From contig JBFWNU010000001.1 of assembly GCA_050250895.1 (NCBI GenBank), positions 3,584,149 through 3,648,148 of the forward strand: a DNA stretch of 64,000 nucleotides, written 5' to 3'. The position numbers and the translations under genes were made by a program. This document shows positions 9,361 through 19,860 of this stretch, one piece after another (the stretch's first letter is position 1; every line of letters begins with the position of its first letter). The stretch is from Vulcanimicrobiota bacterium (GTDB taxonomy: Bacteria; Vulcanimicrobiota; Xenobia; Xenobiales; JADMJV01). The notes under the pieces are model-generated. The model was not told where the DNA came from. It searched no databases and saw only the letters and a program-made list of their open reading frames with translations.

Positions 9361-10697
9361 ACTCCGACCACCTCGACGGCCTGGCGGGCGCGAGTGATGC
9401 AGTCCGACACGCCGACCCCTTCCAAGCCGTTGCCGGCCAGGGCCAGACCCGAATGAAGAGCCATCTGCCGGTCGATGGCCGCCACCAGTTCTTTGTGACC
9501 CACCTGATACTGGGGCAGAGCCTGGGTGTGGCGCACCAGCATGGACTGTTGGGGTGGCCCGCCGAGTTTGAGCAAGGGGCCCAACTCTTCGAGGGCTAGC
9601 TCGCAGAGCGCCTGGTCCTCGAGCAACACGGCGCGCTGGCTCATGGCATTGCCTACATGACAGCGCAAGAGGGCTTTGCCTTCCGGGGCCCGTCCTGGGT
9701 ATTTGAGGTGTGAGTAGGTGCAGGCCGTCAAATGATAGCCCTCGACATGGGGGATGACAAAGCCGCTGCCTCGCAGAGGTCGTCCTATCTGGCATTGCTC
9801 GAAGAGAAAGTGGATGGTCACGGTGGTGGTCGACTCGATCTGACCCAGAGCATCCGAGAGCAGCGGGTCAAAGCGAGTGAGGCGAGCCAGGTGGGGGGCG
9901 GCGCAAGCCAGCACCACCGCCCGGAAGGGGTAGGTTTTGCCCAGGGCTTTGACTTCCCAGCCGGTGGGCGTGGGAGTCAGCTGTTCGACCGGAGTCGCCA
10001 GGCGAACCTCCTCGAGCCGGTCAGCCAGAGCCTGAACCAGGCTTTGCATGCCTTCTCGGGGCGTGACGAACATCGAGCCTTTAGAAGAGCCCGACTTCTT
10101 CATCTGGGCCAGCAAACCGGCGGTGACACTGCCCCTGGACTGCTCGAGTTGGCGGAACATGGGCAGGGTGGCCAGCAAGGACAGGCGCGCCGGGTCGGCG
10201 GCATAGATGCCGCCGATGAGCGGTTGGGCCAGGGTGTCGAGCACCTCGCGACCGAAGCGGCGGGTGACGAAATCGGCGACCGACTCGTCTGCGCTAGCTC
10301 TCGTGGCCGGCACCAGCCATTCTAGCCCGGCTCGCAGCTTGCCACCCAGGGAGAGCAGCGGGGTGCGCACGAAAGGCAGCAACTGGGTGGGCGCCACCAT
10401 CCGGAACCCGTCGGGCAAGGGTTGGATGCGACCTTTGTGAACGACTCCCGGGGGACCCTCGGCCACCGAGGGCACCAGTTCCAGGCCAAGTTCGCGCGCC
10501 AGTTGCACGGCCGCGGGTTTCATCACCAGCAACGAATCGGGGCCGGCTTCCATCAAGCAGCCGTGCTGGCGGACCGTCTGAATGGCCCCGCCCAGGCGCG
10601 GGCTGGCCTCGAACAAGGTGACCGAGGCACCACTCTGGCGCAGCTGATAAGCAGCCGTCAGCCCACTGATGCCTCCACCGATGACGGCGACTTGCAT
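9357..10697 (-). CDS. hemY: Protoporphyrinogen/coproporphyrinogen oxidase (HemY type)
   Basis: GGGISGL, EAGPDS, DESVADFVTRRFG, GIYAADP, LPQYQVGH, GVGVSDCI. Confidence 0.92.
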   Translation of the reverse strand: MQVAVIGGGISGLTAAYQLRQSGASVTLFEASPRLGGAIQTVRQHGCLMEAGPDSLLVMKPAAVQLARELGLELVPSVAEGPPGVVHKGRIQPLPDGFRMVAPTQLLPFVRTPLLSLGGKLRAGLEWLVPATRASADESVADFVTRRFGREVLDTLAQPLIGGIYAADPARLSLLATLPMFRQLEQSRGSVTAGLLAQMKKSGSSKGSMFVTPREGMQSLVQALADRLEEVRLATPVEQLTPTPTGWEVKALGKTYPFRAVVLACAAPHLARLTRFDPLLSDALGQIESTTTVTIHFLFEQCQIGRPLRGSGFVIPHVEGYHLTACTYSHLKYPGRAPEGKALLRCHVGNAMSQRAVLLEDQALCELALEELGPLLKLGGPPQQSMLVRHTQALPQYQVGHKELVAAIDRQMALHSGLALAGNGLEGVGVSDCITRARQAVEVVGV

Positions 10698-10698
10698 G

Positions 10699-11829
10699 TT
10701 ACACCTCCCCGGTGAGCCAACTCGGTGCTTGCACCTGTTGGGGTGCGCGGCCGAGGGTCACCGCGATGATCAGGATAAAGAAAAGTCCGGCCAGGGTCTG
10801 CAGACCGGCCCCGGCCGCGAAGACCTCTCGGCCATAGGCCTGGCTCAGTTCGAACTGTCCGCCGATGCGCAACAGGTTGCCCAGGGTCAACAGTCCCAGC
10901 AACCAGGCGGGGTTGACCGGCAAGGTCCGCGACTCGAACGCCGGGACCAGATGCAGAGCCATTCCGAACATCATGGTCAGCAAGAAGCCCGAGGCCATCA
11001 GATGCCGTGCCGGGCCGTCGACGCCCACGAAGAAGGCCGCGATGGCGGCGGCGACCAGCCAGCCATAGGCCGTAAGGAGATAGGCCCGCAGCCAGGCGGG
11101 CGCCTGCGGCTGGCGGACAGGCTTGCGGAAGGGGCTCAGCGCGCCGAGATAGACGCACACTCCGAAAGAGGTCAACAGCGAGCCGGCCTCGATCCCGAAA
11201 GCCTGCAGGGCCAGTCCTGCATTCCACATCGCCACCGAGTAAGGCAGCAGCTCGAGATCGGGGTCGAGCCCCAGCATCTGGGGATGCACCCGCAGTCCGA
11301 TGCCGGCCACATAGAGAGCCGCAAATCCCCACAGCAACAGATGGTGGGCCAGGGGGTGGAGCAGGCCCACCAGCAACCATATCACCCCGGTAGCCATGAA
11401 GACGGCGTGTAGACGGTTCAGGCTTCGCTCTTTAGGGTCGGCCTCGGCGAGAGCCACCTGGCCTCGAGTCTTCTTGAGCACGGCCATGAAGGCCAGCACT
11501 CCGAAGATTTCCAGACCCTGGCGCGGGCCAGGGGCGACCTGGGCCAACTCCAGCAACAGTCCACTCACCAGGGCCAGCCAGGAGGCTACAGCCACCTGGG
11601 GAATGGCCAGTTCGACCTTAAGAAAGCGCGGCAGTACCAAGAGAGCCACGCCCAGGGTGAAGAGCATGACGAAGCCTTTCACCTGAAGCACGGCATGAGC
11701 CGAGAGCATCTCGACCCAAGACTCCATGGAGGCGATGCCGGCCAGGCCCAGCCCCATGCGAGTGCCGAGCAACGTGCCGGCCGCCAGGGCCAGCAGCGCG
11801 CTGGCCAGGAAGAGTCGATGCACTTTCAT
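10699..11829 (-). CDS. NnrS-like multi-pass membrane protein
   Basis: Many TM helices; HAVLQVKGF, HHLLLWGF and RHLMASGF repeats of the H-x5-GF pattern seen in NnrS-like proteins. Confidence 0.6.
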   Translation of the reverse strand: MKVHRLFLASALLALAAGTLLGTRMGLGLAGIASMESWVEMLSAHAVLQVKGFVMLFTLGVALLVLPRFLKVELAIPQVAVASWLALVSGLLLELAQVAPGPRQGLEIFGVLAFMAVLKKTRGQVALAEADPKERSLNRLHAVFMATGVIWLLVGLLHPLAHHLLLWGFAALYVAGIGLRVHPQMLGLDPDLELLPYSVAMWNAGLALQAFGIEAGSLLTSFGVCVYLGALSPFRKPVRQPQAPAWLRAYLLTAYGWLVAAAIAAFFVGVDGPARHLMASGFLLTMMFGMALHLVPAFESRTLPVNPAWLLGLLTLGNLLRIGGQFELSQAYGREVFAAGAGLQTLAGLFFILIIAVTLGRAPQQVQAPSWLTGEV

Positions 11830-12968
11830 TGTAGGGCTAACTCCCGGGGTTGATAGTTGCAGTAGGGGTCTTCATCGTGAAGGTCGCCGGTGAGAGCGAA
11901 GGCGCGCGAGCGTGAGCCGGCGCAGACCTCCTTGTATTCGCAGCGGGCGCAGCGCCCCTTGAGCATCGAGGGATCGCGCAGCTGGCGAAAGAGGGGAGCG
12001 TCGCGATAGATGTCGACCAGCGATTCGCGGCGCACATTGCCGGCGCTGACCGGGAGAAATCCGCTCGGGAAGACCTCGCCCAGGTGCGAGATGAAGACGA
12101 AGCCGTTGGCGGCATTAATGTTCATGGGGGTGCGTCGAAGGTCTACCTTCGAGACGAGGCCGCGCGTTTGCACCAGCTGCTCCAGTTCGGCTTTGAGGTG
12201 ACGATAGAGAGGGTGGTCGGGAGGCGTCTCGCCCGCCGCTCGCTGCAGCACCACCCGTTTGAAGTGATGGCCTTCGGTAGTTTTCACGCTGAGATAGCGG
12301 TTGGCATCGACCAGAAAGTGCATCACGGCTTCGCATTCGTCGGCGGTCAGATCCTGCTCGCTGCGAGCCCGGCCGGTGGGGACCAGGAAGAAGACGCTCC
12401 AGGTCATGGCTCCCAACTCCTGGATTTGGGCAAAGAGCTGGCCCAGCGTATCGAGGTTGTGACGGGTCACGGTCGAGTTGACCTGGACTTTGAGACCGAT
12501 CTCCCGGGCTGTCTTCCAGCCGTCGAGGGTCAGCTGATACGAACCGGCCACGCCGCGAAAGGCGTCATGGGCCGCGGCTGTGGGGGCATCCAGGCTCAGC
12601 GAAATGGCCCGGGCTCCAGCTGCTTTAATCTTGTCTAGATTGGCTCGGTTGAGCAGCGGGGTGGCCGATGGAGAGACGGCCGCAACCAGGCCGATTTCGG
12701 AGGCGTAGGCCACCAGTTCGTAAAGATCGGGGCGCTTGAACGGGTCCCCCCCGGTAAAGACCACGATGGGAGAGGGCAGACCGAATTGGCGAATCTGGTC
12801 GAGCAGGGTCTTGCCTTCTTTGGTGGTCAAAGCCTGGGGGTGGTGTTGGGGCTGGGCCATGGCGCGGCAATGCAGACAGGCCAGATCGCAGGCCTGGGTG
12901 ACTTCCCAGATGACCATGAACGGGCGCTGGTCGCGGGCCGCGCGAGGCTGCCGAATGAGAGGCTTCAT
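11826..12968 (-). CDS. Radical SAM/SPASM protein (TIGR04053/NirJ-AhbD-like, heme-biosynthesis associated)
   Basis: WEVTQACDLACLHCRA (CxxxCxxC), TGGDP, PSGFLP, CARCEYKEVCAGSRSRA...DPYC. Confidence 0.9.
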   Translation of the reverse strand: MKPLIRQPRAARDQRPFMVIWEVTQACDLACLHCRAMAQPQHHPQALTTKEGKTLLDQIRQFGLPSPIVVFTGGDPFKRPDLYELVAYASEIGLVAAVSPSATPLLNRANLDKIKAAGARAISLSLDAPTAAAHDAFRGVAGSYQLTLDGWKTAREIGLKVQVNSTVTRHNLDTLGQLFAQIQELGAMTWSVFFLVPTGRARSEQDLTADECEAVMHFLVDANRYLSVKTTEGHHFKRVVLQRAAGETPPDHPLYRHLKAELEQLVQTRGLVSKVDLRRTPMNINAANGFVFISHLGEVFPSGFLPVSAGNVRRESLVDIYRDAPLFRQLRDPSMLKGRCARCEYKEVCAGSRSRAFALTGDLHDEDPYCNYQPRELALQ

Positions 12969-13002
12969 ACTCGCATCATGGCGGCCTTTGCTCGGTGCCG
13001 AA

Positions 13003-13016
13003 ATGATCTATGTCAG
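13003..13016 (-). promoter_or_regulatory. FNR/DNR-like box (CTGAC-ATAG-ATCAT on the minus strand) upstream of the radical SAM-NnrS-hemY operon
   Basis: Resembles TTGAT-N4-ATCAA; centred at -41.5 from ATG 12968, which has a CATGAT -10-like hexamer 6 nt upstream. Confidence 0.7.
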
Positions 13017-13017
13017 G

Positions 13018-14004
13018 TCACCGCTGGCTGTGGAAGCTAGCCCGGGGGTCTTGACTCGAGGCCTTGCCGGCCTCGAGCACGGCCAAACGCATGGTTACCG
13101 CTCCGGCGGTGCCGAGCAAGCCGGCCAGCCTCTTCTTCCAGAGCGACTTGCCGGGCAAGAGACCCAGCACCAGACTGGCGGCGGTCATGGAGCCAGCCCA
13201 ACGCCACATCCGCCCCGACCTGCCCTGGTTCCAGGGCCGACCGACCCGCTCGACTCTTGAGCTTTCGATTTGTACGGCCCGCATGGCCACCAGCTCCGCC
13301 ACCTTGCCGGCTGTGCCGAAACGTTCGAGGGCCGGATCCAACAGTCCCAGCCAGGGAGCCAACGAGCCCAGCGAGGCCATGCACGAAGCCACGAACAGAG
13401 GCGGCAAGGACCGGCGGGACTGTTGCCAGATGGGCACCGTGGTGCAGGCGACCAGAACCCCCGGATAGGCGCACTGCAGGGCTGCGAAAAGCCCCGCTTT
13501 AAGACCGGATACCGCGGCCAGCCAGCGCATCCAGGCCGGTCCGCGGTCGAGCAGGACGGCTCCGCCGGTGGTGATTCCGTTGAAGGCCAGCACCCACGAG
13601 CCGACGCTCATGGGCGAGCTCGGGCGAAAGACCCGCAGCATGTTGAGAAAGCGCTCGGGGCGGCCCAGGTCTTCGATGAGCAGGGCCGAGCCGACCCCGG
13701 TGCCGATCAGGTTAAGCCAGCGAAGTTTCTTTACCAAGGAGCAGGGCGCGCCCCAAAGCTGGCCCACCGCGGCGAGCGTCCCGGCGGCCCCGGCCACCCC
13801 GCCGAAGTAGAAATAGAGCGGAACAGACGCTTCCCACACCGGTTGTTTCAACAGCGGCAGATCGTAATAGGTGGGATCATCTTCGTGCTCGCCCGGGATT
13901 TGGCGATAGGTGGGGTATTTCTCTGGTCGGGCCTCGGCCTGACCAGAACCGGCCCCGGTTAGCTGCGCTCGCTCTGGGTCCAGGCCGCGCCCATTAACGC
14001 TCAT
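13018..14004 (-). CDS. NrfD/PsrC-family membrane anchor of formate dehydrogenase
   Basis: YYDLPLLKQPVW, DLGRPERFLNMLRVFRPSSPMSVGSW, TTVPIW. Confidence 0.9.
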   Translation of the reverse strand: MSVNGRGLDPERAQLTGAGSGQAEARPEKYPTYRQIPGEHEDDPTYYDLPLLKQPVWEASVPLYFYFGGVAGAAGTLAAVGQLWGAPCSLVKKLRWLNLIGTGVGSALLIEDLGRPERFLNMLRVFRPSSPMSVGSWVLAFNGITTGGAVLLDRGPAWMRWLAAVSGLKAGLFAALQCAYPGVLVACTTVPIWQQSRRSLPPLFVASCMASLGSLAPWLGLLDPALERFGTAGKVAELVAMRAVQIESSRVERVGRPWNQGRSGRMWRWAGSMTAASLVLGLLPGKSLWKKRLAGLLGTAGAVTMRLAVLEAGKASSQDPRASFHSQR

Positions 14005-14779
14005 GGCGGTTCTCCATCGAGAAGGCAGCTACGGCCAACATACCGAGGGCGGCGAGCAAGGCGGTCTGCCACGACTGTCCCACCGTCTTCTGAGGAGCGG
14101 TCGGATTGGGGGGGAGGTTGTACAGTTCGGGTCGCTCGGTCAGTAGGAAGAAGGCATTCAAAGGCCCGGTGCCTTCGGTATCGGTGCCGTAGAGATAAGC
14201 CTCTGTCCTACCCTGACCGTGCAGCTGCTTGACCCGCTCGCGGGCATAGTCTTGCAGCTCGTCGAGTTCGCCAAAGCGGATCGACTGGGTGGGGCAGGCC
14301 TTGGCGCAGGCCGGTTGCTGGTCGTCTTTAAGACGGTCGTAGCACATGGTGCATTTCCAGGCCCGGCCGTCCTCTCCTCGCCGGTCGATGACCCCGAAAG
14401 GGCAGCCCGAGACGCAGTAGCCGCAGCCGTTGCAGATGTCTGACTGGACATAGACGGTGTCGAATTCGGTGCGGATGATCGCTCCGGTGGGGCAGTTTTC
14501 GAGGCAGCCGGCCAGATTGCAATGCTTGCAGACATCGCTGTGCATCAGCCAGCTAAAGAGCTGACCGTTCTCTGCTTGCTCGGCGGTCATGGCCGCGGGA
14601 CGCTCGACAAAGGCCACGTGTCTCCAGGTCGAGGCACCGAGATGGCCGGTGTTGTCGTATGACATGGCCGTGAAGTCGTAGCCGTCGGCGGGCAGCTGGT
14701 TCCACTCTTTGCAGGCCACCTCGCAGGCTTTGCAGCCGATGCAGAGGGAGGTGTCGGTGAAAAATCCTTTGCTCGACAT
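13994..14779 (-). CDS. Formate dehydrogenase beta subunit (4Fe-4S dicluster, FdnH/FdoH-like) with C-terminal TM
   Basis: CIGCKACEVAC, CKHC...CLENCP, CNGCGYCVSGCP, KCTMCYDR...PACAKACP. Confidence 0.93.
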   Translation of the reverse strand: MSSKGFFTDTSLCIGCKACEVACKEWNQLPADGYDFTAMSYDNTGHLGASTWRHVAFVERPAAMTAEQAENGQLFSWLMHSDVCKHCNLAGCLENCPTGAIIRTEFDTVYVQSDICNGCGYCVSGCPFGVIDRRGEDGRAWKCTMCYDRLKDDQQPACAKACPTQSIRFGELDELQDYARERVKQLHGQGRTEAYLYGTDTEGTGPLNAFFLLTERPELYNLPPNPTAPQKTVGQSWQTALLAALGMLAVAAFSMENRHER

Positions 14780-17700
14780 CAGGTCTCTTCTCCTTGCTTG
14801 GGTCCGGGAGCCACCACCTGATGACTGCCTTCGTCTCGTCCTCGGGCAACCTCAGGCAAGTCACGCTCGCCGCCCGGAGCGGGGCGAGCCAGGGGCCCGC
14901 TGGTGGTCGACCGGCGTTGGCGGCTGCGTCGCCCGGGCTGGATATCGGCCGTGAAAGCCTTGGATTCTTGGATCGAGACGTTGGGGTCAGCCACAAAGCC
15001 GATCAGCTCGTTGGCGGCGTCGCCGGTGACTTCGCCTTTAGAACCCCAATGATAGGGCAGGCCGATGACCTCGATGGAGCGGTTGCCCACCCGGCGGGGA
15101 CGCATCCGATGGGTGACCAGCACCCGGGCCTCGATCTCGCCACGGGCGGTGGTGATGGTGGCCCAGCCTCCGTTCTCCAACTGGCGCAATTCGGCCAGAC
15201 TGGGCGAGACCTCGCAGAACATCTCGGGTTGGAGTTCAGACAACCAGGGCAGCCAACGACTCATGCCGCCGGCCGTATGATGTTCGGTGAGCCGATAGGT
15301 CGTCACGGCGAACGGGAAGCGGGGGTCGGCGATGGGGCGATGATAGGGGTTGCTGCGCCGGGCCCATTCCATCCGGGCGGGATTGGTTTGCTGCTCGTAG
15401 AGCAGGTTTTTCATAGGCGATTCCTGAGGCTCGTAGTGGGTTGGCAAGGGCCCGTCCAGGAGTCCGTTGGGAGCGTAGAGCCAGCCGCGGGCATCGGCCT
15501 GCATGATGAACGGCGTGTCGCCGGCGATGGTGTCGAGCCCTTCGGCCTGCTCACCCGGGGTATACGAGGGAGGTCGATCCGGCAGAAAGTCCGGGTTGTC
15601 ATAGCCGGTCCAGCTCTGCTGCTCGGCATCCCACCAGACATATTTCTTGCGCTCTGACCACGGCTTGCCTTGTGGATCGGCCGAGGCCCGGTTATAGAGA
15701 AGCCGGCGGTTTGACGGCCAGGCCCAACCCCACTCGCTGGCCACCCACGACTGTTCTTGGCGCGGTCTGCGGTCGGCCGAGCGGTTCTTTCCGCCCGCGA
15801 AGCAACCCGAGTAGATCCAGCATCCGCAGGCGGTCGAGCCGTCGGCTTGGAGTTCGAGGAAGCCGTCAACCGGGCTGCCGTCTTCGACCCGAAAGCCGTT
15901 GATCTCGCGCAGAATCGCCTCGGCGTCGGGCTCCTGGTGGGAGCCATGGACGGGATAGTCCCAGGTCAGCTCCAAGAGGGGGCGGTCTTTGGGCTCAACA
16001 GAGCCGCTGTAGAGATGACGCAGCCGGCGTCCCAGGTGGTACACGAAGTGCAGCTCACTGCGGCAGTCGCCGGGAGGGTCGACGGCCGCATGGTGCCACT
16101 GCAGCAGGCGCTGGGTGTTGGTGAAGCTGCCGTCCTTTTCGACGTGCGAGGCGCAGGGGAAGAAGAAGACCTCGGTGGCGATCTCTTCGCTCTTGACCTC
16201 TCCTCGGTCGAACTCGCTGCCGCAGCGCCAGAATTCGGCCGTTTCAATCAGGCTAAAGTCCCGCACCACGAGCCAGTCGAGGTTGCGCAAGCCCTTACGC
16301 TGAAGAGACCCGTGCATCGAGCCGACCACCGGGTTCTCACCCATGACGAAGTAGCCTTTGACCTTGCCGTCCACCATGTCGGCGACCGTCACCATGTGCG
16401 AGTGATCACCGGTCAGATGGGGCAGGTAATCGTAGCAAAAATCGTTGTCGCTGGTGGCATGCTCGCCCCAATACGCCTTCAGCAGCGAGACCATGTATTT
16501 CGGAAACTCGGACCACCAGCCCGACCCGGATTCGTTGTACTCGATGTATTTCTCGAGACTGACATCGCGTTGGGCCTGCGGCATGGGCAGATAACCCGGC
16601 AGTAAGTTGTAGAGGGTGGGGATGTCGGTCGAGCCCTGAATCGAGGCGTGACCCCGCAGTGCCAGAATGCCGCCCCCGGGGCGCCCGATGTTGCCCAGCA
16701 AAAGTTGCACGATCGAGGCGGCCCGGATGTATTGGACCCCCACCGTGTGCTGGGTCCAACCGACCGCGTAGCAGAAGGCCGAGGTTCGCTCGGGGTTGGA
16801 ATTCTCACACAGCGTTCGCGCCACCTCGAGGAACAACTCAGCGTCGATGCCGCAGATTTCGCTGACCACTTCAGGGGTATAGCGAGAATAGTGCCGTCGC
16901 ACGATTTGAAAGACGCAGTGGGGGTCTTGCAGGGTCCAATCGAACTCTTCGGCCCCGTGCTGCACTCCCCGCTGCGAGCGGGGCTCGCCCGAGAACATTT
17001 CGCGCTGACCGGCGGCCGGGGCCACGCCCGTCCCCCGATAGCGCCAGGAGGCGATGTCATACTGGCCCTCTTCCGCATCCCAACCAGAGAAGAGCCCGTT
17101 CAGGTCTTCGGTGTCGCGAAAGTCCTCGGTCACCAGCACGGGCGCGTTGGTATAGTGGAGCACATACTCCTTGAAGTAGAGTTCGTTCTCGAGGATGTAA
17201 CGGATGAGGCCGCCCAGGAAAGCGATATCGGTTCCGGGTCGGATGGGCACGTGCAAGTCAGCCATGGCGCTGGTGCGGGTGAAGCGCGGATCGACATGGA
17301 TGAGTTTGGCTCCTTTGAGCTTGGCCTCCATGACCCACTGAAATCCCACCGGGTGGCATTCGGCCATGTTCGAGCCCTGAATGATGATGCAGTCAGAGTT
17401 CTCTAAATCTTGCTGAAAGGTGGTGGCGCCCCCGCGACCAAAGGAAGTTCCCAGACCGGGAACGGTGGAAGAATGTCATATCCGGGCCTGGTTCTCGATC
17501 TGGATCGCCCCCAGTGCGGTGAACAGTTTCTTGATGAGGTAGTTCTCTTCGTTGTCGAGGGTAGCGCCCCCCAGGTGGGCGATAGACAGGGTGCGCCGCA
17601 GAGGGTGGCCGTCTTCGTCCTCGTCTTCCCAGTGGGCGTCTCGGGTGGTCTTGACCCTCTCGGCCACCATGTCCATGGCCTTGTCCAGAGGGATGGCTTC

Positions 17701-18036
17701 CCAGTGGGTGCCGTGGGGTCGGCGATAGAGCACACTGGTTTCGCGATGCGACCCGTTGACCAGCTGATAAGTGGCTGCCCCTTTGGGGCACAGGCGACCT
17801 CGCGAAATCGGTGAGTCGGGGTCACCCTCGATGCTCGAGATTTTGCCTTTCTCGACGTGCACGAGCTGACCGCAGCCAACCGCACAATAAGGGCAAACCG
17901 AGCGGACGGCCCGGTCAGCTCGGCGGGTTCGGGCTTGAACCTTCTCGGTCTGGCGCGAGCGCGCCGTCTCGCCTCGAGCAAAGAGGTCGGCGTGCTTGAT
18001 CTGTTTGAGAAGCGGCCAGCGGTCAAAGATGCTCAT
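14779..18036 (-). CDS. Selenocysteine-containing formate dehydrogenase alpha subunit (Mo/W-bisPGD), 1085 aa; joins ORFs 17476..18078 and 14779..17367 through an in-frame TGA
   Basis: CPYCAVGCG...LCPKG, then ENQARI-[TGA 17476-17478]-HSSTVPGLGTSFGRGGATT continuing in frame; ALRGHASIQG; TTYRLTEHH; GGAGA SD before ATG 18036. Confidence 0.95.
17447..17463 (-). promoter_or_regulatory. Bacterial SECIS hairpin
   Basis: GUUCCC-GGUCU-GGGAAC stem-loop beginning 12 nt after the UGA; GGUCU core as in the fdhF-type SECIS. Confidence 0.85.
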
Positions 18037-18110
18037 GGTCTCTCCAGTGTGACAGCGACCGGCCCGAGCCAGCCACATACGGCAGGCTCGGGCCGGCCCA
18101 TACCAGGGGA

Positions 18111-19604
18111 CTAGGCCGCTGGCGACAACTGTCGCTTAGGGGCCGGGCGCGAGGTCCGGGGGGCGCGCAGGCGGGTCAGCTCCCAATCGAGTAGGGCGCG
18201 AGAGATCGGCAGCAACGAAAGGGTCAACCAGCCGGCTCCCAGCCAGGAGTATCCGCCCGCCAGAGTCGCCAGGCCCAGTAGCCAGGTGACGGCGGTGGCC
18301 CAATAGGGCAGAGCGCTGGCCTTGACCAAGCGAGCAAACTTATCGGTTCGCTGGAAGCTCTTGTCAGACTGAACGAACAACTCGAGCCAGCTGAGGGCGC
18401 CGATCAGGCCCAGTCCCAGGTGGCTGGCCATGGCCTTGAGCCAGCAGGTCGGGCCTACTCCGGCCCTTCGGCCCGTAATCGCCATGAGGGCAAAGGTTCC
18501 CAGGACATAGATACCGATTCCCAGCACCGACAGCGCCACCAGGGGCCGCACCTGTTGCAAGTGGGCGGGCGAGGTCATCAGCCAGAGACTGGCTCCGATG
18601 GCGGTCACGATGTTCCAGAGCAGGGGGTTGGCCCAGGCCGTCAACTGGAAGGTGAGCACCAGCTTCTGCTTGAGTCCGATATTGGGTGAGGTCAACACCT
18701 CGCGCAGGCTCTGGGCGTTGCCCAGCACCCAGCGACGGCGTTGCTTGGCCAGAGCGTCACTGGTTTCGGGCATGACCCCGCGGGCCAGTCGCTCGGGCAC
18801 GTAGACGCCGTGGTATCCGGCCTGCTGCAAGCGAACTCCCAGGTCGGCATCTTCGGTCAGGCCAGCCTCGGGCCAGCCACCCACGTCCTTGAGGGCAGAC
18901 AGCGAGATGAAGGCCGCTGTCCCTGTGGCCAACACGCTATCATAACGGTTGGCCGCCTGCATGTAGAGGTCGAAGAAGTGACGGTACTCGATCGTCAAGC
19001 CGCAGTCCAATCCCCCGTTGCGATAGGCCTGGGGGTATTGCACCAGGGCTACCCCCTCACCAAAATGGGCTACTCCTTCCCTTAACATCTCCGGACGGAC
19101 TTGATAGTCGGCGTCGAGGACCAGCACGTAGCGAGCCTGCGGGTTGGTCAGCTCGAGCGCGATATTGAGGGCGCCGGCCTTGGCTCCCTCGACGTTATCA
19201 TAGTGGAAGAAACGAAATCGTTCTCCCAGCTCGTGACAGTAGCGAGCGACCGGCTCGTAAAGTTCGGCCTTTTTGGTATTGTTGTCGAGCACGATCACTT
19301 CGAAGTTGTCGTAGTCCACCGCTGCCAAACTCGAGAGCGTCTGGCAGACCAGTTCAGGGGGCTCTTCGTAGGTCGCAATCTGCACCGATACCATCGGTTG
19401 TTCTCGAGACGGCTTGACCGTGACCTCGGGTGCTGGTGCGGGGGTAGCCAACACCAGCCGGCCCACCACCAATACGGCGGTGGCAACCAGGTGAAGAACT
19501 GCCACGGCCAGCGCCGCGGACGGCGCAAAAGCGACCAAACCTAACCACAGCAATAGGGCCGACAGCCAAATCTTGGCTCCGGCAGAGAGAGAAATTCTGT
19601 TCAT
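18111..19604 (-). CDS. GT2 family processive glycosyltransferase (NdvB/cellulose-synthase-like)
   Basis: VLDNNT, GAKAGALN, LDADY, QYPQAY, LTEDADLG, KQRRRW (QxxRW); flanking TM helices; start approximate. Confidence 0.88.
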   Translation of the reverse strand: MNRISLSAGAKIWLSALLLWLGLVAFAPSAALAVAVLHLVATAVLVVGRLVLATPAPAPEVTVKPSREQPMVSVQIATYEEPPELVCQTLSSLAAVDYDNFEVIVLDNNTKKAELYEPVARYCHELGERFRFFHYDNVEGAKAGALNIALELTNPQARYVLVLDADYQVRPEMLREGVAHFGEGVALVQYPQAYRNGGLDCGLTIEYRHFFDLYMQAANRYDSVLATGTAAFISLSALKDVGGWPEAGLTEDADLGVRLQQAGYHGVYVPERLARGVMPETSDALAKQRRRWVLGNAQSLREVLTSPNIGLKQKLVLTFQLTAWANPLLWNIVTAIGASLWLMTSPAHLQQVRPLVALSVLGIGIYVLGTFALMAITGRRAGVGPTCWLKAMASHLGLGLIGALSWLELFVQSDKSFQRTDKFARLVKASALPYWATAVTWLLGLATLAGGYSWLGAGWLTLSLLPISRALLDWELTRLRAPRTSRPAPKRQLSPAA

Positions 19605-19860
19605 AACACGGCTATTGTTGTCCTGGGAGAAGCCGAACAACCAGGTTCTCCAGTATGAAACAGGGAGTATGCGAGGGTAGCTATACCGGGGCGGGGATCG
19701 GTGGGATGCCTGGGTTTCATCCCCCGGCGGCGCGCCGTCCGACCAGGCTTGCGTTATGGTCGAGCCGTTAGGCTGCCCCGGCTTCATCCGCTCGGACCTT
19801 CAGGTAGCGGATCCGACCACCTACACTAATTGAGAAGAATCTATTTCTCTGGAGGATACC

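Noticed and set aside
17367-17478. Formate dehydrogenase split into two genes or a pseudogene
   Set aside because: The TGA is in frame at the catalytic Sec/Cys position and is followed by a SECIS hairpin.
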